Made by a program: the position numbers and the translations under genes. The notes under the pieces were generated by a model. It did not search any database, was not told the origin of the DNA, and worked only from the letters and a program-made list of their open reading frames with translations. A stretch of DNA of 64,000 nt from Bacteroidales bacterium UBA6408 (lineage in GTDB: Bacteria > Bacteroidota > Bacteroidia > Bacteroidales > UBA932), in the NCBI GenBank assembly GCA_002439805.1, contig DJPQ01000002.1, forward strand, positions 2,448 through 66,447. Direction: 5' to 3'. Within the stretch, counting starts at the first letter, position 1, and each line of letters starts with the position of its first letter. Shown here piece by piece: positions 44,650 through 53,300 of this stretch.

Positions 44650-46479
44650 CTAATTGCTTCCCTTCCCCGGCTTGAGATTGACAAGTGCCTCGACGACGTT
44701 CACGACATAATCCCCTATCTTCTCGCACTCGACAATCAGGTCCATATAGGCGGAACCCGTCGCGTACTCATATTTCCCTTCATTCAGGTCGATAATGTTC
44801 TGTTCCTTGAGGTTATTGCGCATCTCGTTGATATTCTGCTCCGTGTTGAGCGTCAGCTTGAGATCACCGATGTGCTGGCCGTTGTCCTTGAGAATCGCGG
44901 CCATCTGGTCGAACGCCGTGCGGACGAGGTCGAACATCGCCGCGAAATTCTCGTTCATTGACTGCGTGAACACGATATGGTTCTCGTTGCGGCGCTGGAG
45001 AATGCGGGCCATGTTGTAGTAGCTGTCGCCGATGCTCTCGATTTCCGAAATCTCGCGGAGCTTGGCCTGAATGGAGTGCTTTGACTCGTCGCTCAACCGA
45101 CCGTCGGCAACCCTGCTCAGGTAGGCGGCAATCTCGACCTCCATGTTGTCGCTTATGTTCTCATATTTCTGAACCCTGAGGAACAGCGACGAGAACTCGT
45201 CCTGATCCGTCTCCGAATACATCCGCTGAATCATCTCGTGCATCCTGTAGGTCCTGTCGCTCATGAGGACTATCTCCTTGTGAGCCTGAAGGATGGAAAG
45301 CTCTGAAGTTGACATGAGACCGCCGGATATGAATTCGAGATGGGACTTGCCGTCGTCTTCAAGACTTTTCTCCCTGCGTGACGGGACAAGAAAAGTCACC
45401 GCCTTGACATAGAAATTGGTGAACCATATCATCACACCTATATTTATAAGGTTGAAGACGGTATGGAACATCGAAAGACCGAAGGAGACATAGTACTGCA
45501 TTGACGCGAAATTCGCGATGAGCACGTCGTTCCCGCTGACAGACGGGTCGAGACGTCCGTCGGTGAGGGCGGCGACGGTCGAAGGGTCAGCGGAACTGGC
45601 ATAAGCATAGAGAGCGTTGGGGTCGCCGACACATCCGGTCGTTATCCATGAGATTAGCTTCATGTAGGGACGGTAGAGCGCAAGGGCCCACACGGCTCCG
45701 AGGAGGTTGAACATCAGATGCCCTGCGGCCGCGCGCTTCGCCATGACGTTTCCGGAAACTGAAGCTATGATAGGAGTGATGCAGGTCCCGATGTTTCCGC
45801 CGAGCACGAGAGCAGCGGCCAGATCGAAGGTTATCCATCCCTTGCTGCACATTATCAGCGCTATTGCGAATGTCGCGCTGGAAGCCTGCACAATCATCGT
45901 CAGCAGCATTCCCGCAAGCGCGAACACGAGCACCGACCGGAATCCCATGTCGGACCAGCGCCGAAGGGCGTCGAACACAGCCGGATTCGCCTGAAGGTCA
46001 GGCACGGAGCGGTTCAGATAGTCCAGTCCGAGGAAAAGGAGCGCGAATCCGATGAGGAACTCGCCCCAGTTCGTGTAGGCCGATTTTTTCATAAAAAGAA
46101 GCGGCGCCCCGAACGCGAAAAGCGGTACGGCGAATGTCACTATATCTACCTTAAATCCGAAAAGTGAAATGATCCAGGCCGTAAAGGTTGTTCCAACGTT
46201 GGCTCCGAAGATTACGGCCATCGACTGCTGGAGCGAGATGAGACCGGCATTGACGAAAGAGACAATCATCGTTGTCGTTGCCGACGAGGACTGGACGAGC
46301 GCAGTGATGAAGATACCGGTCAGAGCTCCGAGGAACTTGTTGTTGGTCATCAGTGCCAATATGTCTCTCAACTTGTTTCCGGCCGCCTTCTGCAGCCCCT
46401 CACTCATGAGCTTCATCCCATACAGGAACATCCCGACGGAGCCTATAAGGGTAAGAATTTCCAAAAATCCGAAATTCAT
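44650..46479 (-). CDS. Na/Pi cotransporter family protein with C-terminal PhoU-like domain
   Basis: N-terminal duplicated Na_Pi_cotrans repeats (ALVQSSSATTTMIV; MIVQASSATFAIAL) and a helical PhoU-like tail; 609 aa. Confidence 0.85.
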   Translation of the reverse strand: MNFGFLEILTLIGSVGMFLYGMKLMSEGLQKAAGNKLRDILALMTNNKFLGALTGIFITALVQSSSATTTMIVSFVNAGLISLQQSMAVIFGANVGTTFTAWIISLFGFKVDIVTFAVPLFAFGAPLLFMKKSAYTNWGEFLIGFALLFLGLDYLNRSVPDLQANPAVFDALRRWSDMGFRSVLVFALAGMLLTMIVQASSATFAIALIMCSKGWITFDLAAALVLGGNIGTCITPIIASVSGNVMAKRAAAGHLMFNLLGAVWALALYRPYMKLISWITTGCVGDPNALYAYASSADPSTVAALTDGRLDPSVSGNDVLIANFASMQYYVSFGLSMFHTVFNLINIGVMIWFTNFYVKAVTFLVPSRREKSLEDDGKSHLEFISGGLMSTSELSILQAHKEIVLMSDRTYRMHEMIQRMYSETDQDEFSSLFLRVQKYENISDNMEVEIAAYLSRVADGRLSDESKHSIQAKLREISEIESIGDSYYNMARILQRRNENHIVFTQSMNENFAAMFDLVRTAFDQMAAILKDNGQHIGDLKLTLNTEQNINEMRNNLKEQNIIDLNEGKYEYATGSAYMDLIVECEKIGDYVVNVVEALVNLKPGKGSN

Positions 46480-46689
46480 ATTTTAACTTTTAATTTCTCT
46501 TGCTTTCCCCGGATAGACGAAGGTCGTACAAGAAGTTTTAGACCGCGAATTTACAATCTGATTGTCAAATAGGCAATGCCTGACGGACATTATATGGCAA
46601 AAAATGAAAATTTTATAAAAATTTCGATATTTCTGCGAGAAAAATGAATCATGAAACGAAATATTTTTGTAAAAAAGCGAAAGCAATCC

Positions 46690-46697
46690 TAAATTTG
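46690..46697 (+). promoter_or_regulatory. -7 promoter box (TAAATTTG) for prfA
   Basis: TAnnTTTG consensus, 68 nt upstream of the ATG at 46765. Confidence 0.45.
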
Positions 46698-46764
46698 CAG
46701 GATTTTACGGGGATATACATTTATATACGGATATCCGAAGACATAAATTTACATTTACAGACAG

Positions 46765-47856
46765 ATGGCAGAAAACAACTCATTGCTTGCGAAAGTCCTC
46801 GGACTCAGGGAAAAATACGAGTCGCTCCAGACCCAGCTTTCGGATCCGGACGTGATTTCCGACATGAAGAAATATGTCCAGCTCAACAAGGAATACAAGG
46901 AGCTGTCGCCAATCATAAAGGCCGGCGAGGAGTACAGGAAGCTCGTCGAATCCTATGAGATGGCCAAGGAAATCATCGCGGAGGAAAAGGACGAGGAGCT
47001 CAGGGAGATGGCAAAGGAGGAGATAGCGGAGATTGAGCCGCAGCTTCCCGAGATGGAGCAGAAAATCAAGCTCCTGCTCATCCCGGCCGACCCTCAGGAC
47101 AGCAAGAACGCCATTCTGGAAATCCGGGGAGGAGCCGGCGGCGACGAGGCGGCCATCTTTGCCGGAGACCTGTTCAGGATGTACAGCAAGTATTTCGAGC
47201 GCCGCGGCTGGAAGATGGAAATCAACAGCCAGTCGGAGGGCGCGGCCGGCGGATTCAAGGAAATCGTCGTGAAGGTCATCGGAGAGGGAGTCTATGGGGT
47301 GCTGAAATACGAGTCCGGAGTTCACCGCGTGCAGCGGGTGCCGCAGACCGAGACGCAGGGCAGGGTCCACACCTCGGCGGCTTCGGTGGCGGTGCTTCCG
47401 GAGGCGGACGAGTTCGACATCGAGCTGAACATGAACGACATCCGCAAGGACACATTCTGCTCTTCAGGCCCGGGAGGCCAGTCCGTCAACACGACCTACT
47501 CGGCAATCCGCCTCACCCACATCCCCTCCGGAATCGTGGTGCAGTGCCAGGACGAGAAGTCGCAGCTCAAGAACTTCGACAAGGCTCTCGCCGAACTCCG
47601 AACGAGGCTCTATAATATGGAGTACGAGAAATATCTGAACGAGATTTCCGCCAAGAGAAAGACCATGGTCTCCACCGGCGACCGCTCGGCGAAAATCCGC
47701 ACCTACAACTACCCGCAGTCCCGCGTGACCGACCACCGAATCAACTATACTATGTATAACCTTCCGGTCTTTATGGACGGCGACATCCAGGAGCTGCTTG
47801 ACCAGCTGCAGATTGCCGAGAACGCCGAACGACTAAAAGCCGCAGGCGAAGAGTGA
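46765..47856 (+). CDS. prfA: peptide chain release factor 1
   Basis: GGQ motif ([12 protein letters not shown]). RF1-type tripeptide region [18 protein letters not shown], i.e. PxT rather than the SPF of RF2. Confidence 0.92.
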   Translation: MAENNSLLAKVLGLREKYESLQTQLSDPDVISDMKKYVQLNKEYKELSPIIKAGEEYRKLVESYEMAKEIIAEEKDEELREMAKEEIAEIEPQLPEMEQKIKLLLIPADPQDSKNAILEIRGGAGGDEAAIFAGDLFRMYSKYFERRGWKMEINSQSEGAAGGFKEIVVKVIGEGVYGVLKYESGVHRVQRVPQTETQGRVHTSAASVAVLPEADEFDIELNMNDIRKDTFCSSGPGGQSVNTTYSAIRLTHIPSGIVVQCQDEKSQLKNFDKALAELRTRLYNMEYEKYLNEISAKRKTMVSTGDRSAKIRTYNYPQSRVTDHRINYTMYNLPVFMDGDIQELLDQLQIAENAERLKAAGEE

Positions 47857-47928
47857 CGGCGGGGCGCATAACTTGGAACTTTCTTCAGAATGAGTTGAAG
47901 TAAAGTTTGGTTTAGAAGTGAGCACATC

Positions 47929-47965
47929 AAAATGTCCGATTTTCTTTAAGAATTTCGGACATTTT
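47929..47965 (+). terminator. hairpin plus T-tract at the left island edge (probable prfA terminator)
   Basis: Perfect 11-bp stem aaaatgtccga / tcggacatttt with a 15-nt loop, running into attttatt. Confidence 0.5.
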
Positions 47966-48022
47966 ATTGCTGTGTCAAGAAGAAAATCGTATCTTCGCAC
48001 TACGAATCATTTTATCACAAAG

Positions 48023-48607
48023 ATGATACTAACAAAGGAAATACGGAATATAATAAGTAGTAACGAACCGAATAAGCTTTATATGGTGAGTGATTTTTCC
48101 CATCTGAATAATGACGGGTTGGTTACTCGCGCCCTTTCTCGTCTGGAAAAGGAAGGTGTTCTTATACGCCTCTCGCAAGGCATATATTTATATCCGTCAC
48201 GAAATAAGTTCGGAATACTTCGACCCTCTATAGAGGAAATCGCTTATGCTGTTGCTGAAAAGGATAAGGCACGCATTATTCCCAGTGGGCTGACTGCATT
48301 GAACAAATTGGGACTTTCCACACAGGTTACGATGAATGCGGTCTATTTGACAGATGCGGCTGCACGGGAACTTACTATCGGAAACCGTAAAATCACATTC
48401 AAACGCAGTGCTCCCCGCAATTTTGCTTATAAGACAGACTTGTTTCCGCTTATAGTCGCAGCAATGAAAGAATTAGGTAAAGACGGAGTAACCGATGAAC
48501 AAGTTGCCATCATAAAACAAGCCATTGAAAAACAGGGCGGCTCTGATGAAATCAGATACGATTACAGCATCGCTCCGCAATGGATTAAACAAAGACTTGC
48601 ATTATGA
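48023..48607 (+). CDS. AbiEi-type (DUF6088-like) antitoxin of a type IV TA / abortive infection pair
   Basis: 194 aa from MILTKEIRNII. Pattern ...ALSRLEKEGVLIRLSQGIYLYP....P...EIAYAVAEKDKARIIPSGLTALNKLGLSTQV....YLTD is typical of AbiEi-like transcriptional antitoxins. The stop overlaps the AbiEii ATG (ATGA). Confidence 0.7.
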   Translation: MILTKEIRNIISSNEPNKLYMVSDFSHLNNDGLVTRALSRLEKEGVLIRLSQGIYLYPSRNKFGILRPSIEEIAYAVAEKDKARIIPSGLTALNKLGLSTQVTMNAVYLTDAAARELTIGNRKITFKRSAPRNFAYKTDLFPLIVAAMKELGKDGVTDEQVAIIKQAIEKQGGSDEIRYDYSIAPQWIKQRLAL

Positions 48608-49392
48608 ACTTCACTAAACTTACAAAAGAAGAACAACTCACCATTTTGGCTAATGTCGCCGAAAATAAAGGGATTGTGGACAATGCCGTAGAGAAGGACT
48701 ATTGGGTCAGTATGGTATTACGTGCCATATTTTCTTTGCCGTATGCTACAGCTTTTGTATTCAAAGGAGGGACAAGCCTTAGCAAAGGATGGGGACTGAT
48801 AGAACGGTTCTCAGAAGATATTGACCTTGCAATAGATCCAAAACATCTCGGTTTCACAGACATTGCGACTAAAAGCCAACGGACTAAATTACGGAAAGAC
48901 TCCAAGAAGTTCATAGACAGTACTTTTGCGCTCGACATTAAGAATAGGCTAAAAGAGTTTGGGGTACTGGAATGTTGCGATGTCATAGTCCCAGAAACGT
49001 CTGTCAGCGACCTCGACCCTGTAGTCCTGTTTGTCGAATATGATTCGGTGCTGCAAACAAAAATGCAATATATACCGGAACGTGTCAAAGTTGAGATAAG
49101 CTGTCGTTCACTCATGGAACCGTCGGAAAAAGTAGAGATTCGTTCGATGATTGAAGATGCTTATCCCGACGAAGATTTCTCTCAGCCGACATTTATAGTC
49201 CCCACAGTAGTGCCCGGAAAGACATTCTTGGAAAAGGTTTTTCTCTTGCACGAAGAGTTTAATCGTCCCAATGGCTGCACGCATATTGAACGTATCACAC
49301 GACACATGTACGACATTGTAAAGATGATGGATAAACCGTTTGCGATGGAAGCGATGCAGAATGCACAATTATACGAGGACATAGTGGTATGA
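48604..49392 (+). CDS. AbiEii/AbiGii family nucleotidyltransferase toxin
   Basis: FKGGTSLSKGWGLIERFSEDIDLAID is the NTase signature of the AbiEii family; 262 aa. The stop overlaps the next ATG (ATGA at 49389). Confidence 0.8.
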   Translation: MNFTKLTKEEQLTILANVAENKGIVDNAVEKDYWVSMVLRAIFSLPYATAFVFKGGTSLSKGWGLIERFSEDIDLAIDPKHLGFTDIATKSQRTKLRKDSKKFIDSTFALDIKNRLKEFGVLECCDVIVPETSVSDLDPVVLFVEYDSVLQTKMQYIPERVKVEISCRSLMEPSEKVEIRSMIEDAYPDEDFSQPTFIVPTVVPGKTFLEKVFLLHEEFNRPNGCTHIERITRHMYDIVKMMDKPFAMEAMQNAQLYEDIVV

Positions 49393-50387
49393 CAGAAATT
49401 CATGTTGATATAAACGAAACGGAGATTTTCAAACTTTATCCCGAAGTATTGGAACTTTTACTCAAAGACCACACGACAGGACGGAATATCTTTTGGGCGA
49501 CGGATTCGTATGCACATAGGGGCGGTGGCTTTCAATATAGCGACGCCATAACAGCGGAACATATCATTGGGGAAAACGGGATGGTGATACGACCGCGTTC
49601 ATTAAAGAGCAAAGGAGAACAGACAGAACGCACAAAGGGAATGGCAGAGGTGTTTACACCGTCATGGGTCTGTAACGTTCAGAACAATCTTGTGGACGAG
49701 GCTTGGTTCGGAAGAAAAGATGTATTCAATACCGTTGACGACACTCAACATACTTGGATAGCCAATCCTGACAGAATTGTTTTCCCGGACAAAAAGACAT
49801 GGAAGTCATATATCCGGGCGACAAGAATGGAAATCACCTGCGGCGAAGCCCCTTACCTTGCCAGCCGTTATGATACGACAACCGGGGCTCCGATAGAATT
49901 GGGACAACGCATCGGAATGCTTGACAGAAAACTGCGTGTGGTCAGCGAAAACACAAAGACGAGCGGTGAATGGCTTAACATGGCGCAGGATGCCTATAAA
50001 AATATATATGCCTACGAATGGCAGGGAGACAATCTGCTTTTAGCACGAGAAGCGCTATTGGTCTCTTTTGCGGAATACTATTATGCGAAATTCGGGAAAA
50101 TGCCGTTGGCAAAATCTCTACAATATATAGCCTATATCATTTCTTGGAACGTCTGGCAAATGGACGGGCTTAAGGGAGTTGTGCCCGGCAGCTGCAAGAA
50201 TGGGGTTAAAGTCACCACACAAAGTTTATTCGGGACTACAGAGAGTATCGAGCATTGTTCTGGTTGTCGCAATGGTAATTTGAAAGAACACAATGGCATT
50301 TATTGCCTGATAAGGGATTGGGGATTAAAAGACCCAAAAACGGGAGAGAATAACAGAAAAATAAGGTTCATAGACATGATAAAATAA
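49389..50387 (+). CDS. hypothetical protein with N6-adenine-MTase-like N-terminal lobe motifs but no (D/N)PPY
   Basis: 332 aa with a motif-X-like MAEVFTPSWVCNVQNN and a motif-I-like RMEITCGEAPYLASRYD. No NPPY/DPPY anywhere. C-terminal HCSGC. The TP.W.V.N...N pattern recurs in the downstream giant protein (ETVLTPWRVVNMHIN). Confidence 0.5.
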   Translation: MTEIHVDINETEIFKLYPEVLELLLKDHTTGRNIFWATDSYAHRGGGFQYSDAITAEHIIGENGMVIRPRSLKSKGEQTERTKGMAEVFTPSWVCNVQNNLVDEAWFGRKDVFNTVDDTQHTWIANPDRIVFPDKKTWKSYIRATRMEITCGEAPYLASRYDTTTGAPIELGQRIGMLDRKLRVVSENTKTSGEWLNMAQDAYKNIYAYEWQGDNLLLAREALLVSFAEYYYAKFGKMPLAKSLQYIAYIISWNVWQMDGLKGVVPGSCKNGVKVTTQSLFGTTESIEHCSGCRNGNLKEHNGIYCLIRDWGLKDPKTGENNRKIRFIDMIK

Positions 50388-50399
50388 AAGTTGTATGAT

Positions 50400-53300
50400 A
50401 TGGCAACATTTGAGACCAGCTTAAAATCCAGACTGATATATGTCTTTGCTATCCCAGATGAATGGCATAAAGACTGTCTGAAAGTGGGCGAAACGACATT
50501 GGAGGAGGATGACGGAAACTTTCCTTTGCCCAATAGTGAGGTGCTTAACAAAGCGGCGCATAATCGTATAGACCAATATACAAAGACGGCAGGTATTGCC
50601 TATAACCTGCTTCATACGGAAATGACTGTGTTTTTCAAAGGTGGAACAATCAGCTCCTTCAACGATAAGCAGGTACACAGCGTATTGGAGCGTTCAGGTG
50701 TGAAGAAAAAGACGTTTGATACGGTAAAAGGGGCGAACGAATGGTTTTGCTGCGACCTTGAGACAGTCAAGAAAGCGATTCAGGCGATTAAGAACGGGAA
50801 AGACAGTCTGAATGCAAGTGAAATCAGTCATACTCAAACTCCTATAGTCTTCCGCCCAGAACAGCAGGCAGCTATTGACAAGACAAAGAAGCAGTTCAAG
50901 AAAGGCTCACAAATGCTTTGGAATGCAAAAATGCGTTTCGGCAAGACCTTATGCGCCCTGCGTGTGGCAAGGGATTTAGATATGCGACGCACCATTATCC
51001 TTACCCACCGTCCCGTAGTTGACGAGGGATGGTTTGAGGATTTCGGTAAGATATTCTATGACCGCCAAGACTATCATTACGGCTCGCGCACTAAAGGTGA
51101 AAGTTTCGCTTCCCTTGAACGGATGGCAGAAAGAGGTGACAAGTACGTCTATTTTGCTTCCATGCAAGATATGCGTGGAGCTCAACTGGTTGGAGGAAAG
51201 TTTGATAAAAATGATGATGTGTTCTCCACCGAATGGGATTTTCTGATTGTGGATGAAGCCCACGAAGGAACACGTACAGAACTTGGAGAGACCGTTATCA
51301 AGGAGTTGACCAAAACAAACACGAAAGTGCTTAAACTTTCAGGGACACCATTCAATCTGCTTGATGATTACACAGAAGAGGAAACGTACACTTGGGATTA
51401 CACCATGGAGCAGCGTGCCAAGACTGAATGGGACTTGTTGCACATGGGCGACCCCAATCCGTATGTTTCTCTACCTGCCATCAATATCTGCACCTACGAT
51501 CTCGGAGCGTTGATGAATGATTATTCCGATGATGAAAAGGCTTTCAATTTCCGTGAGTTCTTCCGCACAAAGGAAGACGGGACTTTCATTCACGAAAATG
51601 ATGTGGATAACTTCTTATCGCTACTGTGCAAGGATGACAAGGAAAGCCTTTATCCTTATTCCAACGACCTGTATCGTGGCATATTCCGCCATACGCTTTG
51701 GGTGCTTCCGGGTGTCAAGGCCGCCCGTGCATTGAGTGCGAAACTGAAAGAACATCCTATATTCGGCTGCTTCGAGATTGTCAATGTAGCCGGAAACGGT
51801 GATGAAGACGAGGAAAATGCAGACGCATTGCAAATGGTAAACACAGCCATAGGCAATAATCCTGATGAGACATTCACCATTACCCTGTCCTGCGGACGAC
51901 TGACAACAGGAGTGAGCATAAAGCCATGGACAGCTGTATTCATGATGGCAGGGTCTTTCAGTACATCTGCAGCAGGTTATATGCAGACCATATTCCGTGT
52001 ACAGACACCTTTTACCTGCAAGGGACGAATGAAGGAACAATGCTATGCTTTCGACTTTGCGCCAGACCGTACCTTGCGAATGTTGGCTGAGGTTGCTAAA
52101 GTCTCGGCTAAGGCCGGAAAGTCAACGGAAGAAGACCGCAAGATTTTAGGCGATTTTCTGAATTTCTGCCCTATCATATCCATTGAAGGCTCACAAATGA
52201 AGCCATACGATGTAAACAAAATGATGGGAGAGCTCAAGAAAGCCCAGATAGAAAAGGTTGTACAATGCGGTTTCGAAGACGGGGCATTGTACAATGATGA
52301 GCTGCTCAAACTTACGGATGTGGACCTTGCAGATTTCAAGAACCTGAAAGGCATCATCGGCAAGACAAAGGCCATGCCCAAGTCAGGTGATATTGATGTC
52401 AATAATCAAGGATTTACAAACGAGGAGTACGCGGAAAAAGAAAAACTTGAAAAGAAGCCCAAACGGGAGCGCACTCCAGAGGAGCAGGCTCGGTTAGACG
52501 AATTGAAGAAGCGTCATAACCAACGTAAAGATGCAATTTCAATACTGCGTGGTATCTCCATCCGTATGCCGCTGCTTATTTTCGGAGCGGAACTGAAAAA
52601 TGAAGCTGAAGAGATAACCATAGACAACTTTGCAAACCTTGTGGACGACACCTCTTGGACAGAGTTCATGCCTCAAGACGTCACTAAAGAAGTTTTTGCC
52701 AAGTTCAAACGCTTCTACGAGCCCGACGTATTCCGTGAAGCAGGCAAGCGTATCCGCGCTATGACTCGTGCTGCCGACAAGTTCAGCATAGAGCAGCGCA
52801 TCGAACGTATTGTCGGCATATTCAATACATTCCGCAATCCCGACAAAGAAACGGTCTTGACACCATGGCGTGTTGTCAATATGCACATCAACGATTGCTT
52901 GGGTGGATGGTGCTTTATGGATGAAGAGTTTAAGATTCCGTTGGAAACGCCGCGCTTTGTGGACAAGGGCGAGGTAACGCATTCCGTATTCAGAACGGAC
53001 AGCCTGATTATGGACATCAACTCGAAGAGCGGTCTTTATCCATTGCTCGCCGCTTATAACATTTACCGTAACCGTTTGGAGGCAGCCAAAGAAAAATATG
53101 GAGAATTCAGCAATGCCTTTTCAATGCAGCTATGGGATTTGACCATTGAACAGAATATCCTCGTGGTATGCAAGACCCCAATGGCGCGCAGCATTACACG
53201 TCGTACACTCGTCGGCTTCCGCGACACGGAAGTACATGCCGAATATTATAAGAACTTAATTGAAAACATATCCCAGAATCCTGACCTTGTGGTAAATACA

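Noticed and set aside
44437-44961. 174-aa plus-strand ORF
   Set aside because: It starts in intergenic DNA, runs through a hairpin terminator, and then runs antisense into the Na/Pi transporter gene.
47922-47944. Possible att-like direct repeat shared with 56459-56484 (gcacatcaaaatgtccgatttt vs gcacacataaaaatgtcccgtttt)
   Set aside because: The match is imperfect, needs indels, and both copies form terminator-like hairpin arms rich in A/T. It could easily be coincidence, so it is mentioned under the island finding but not called as att sites.
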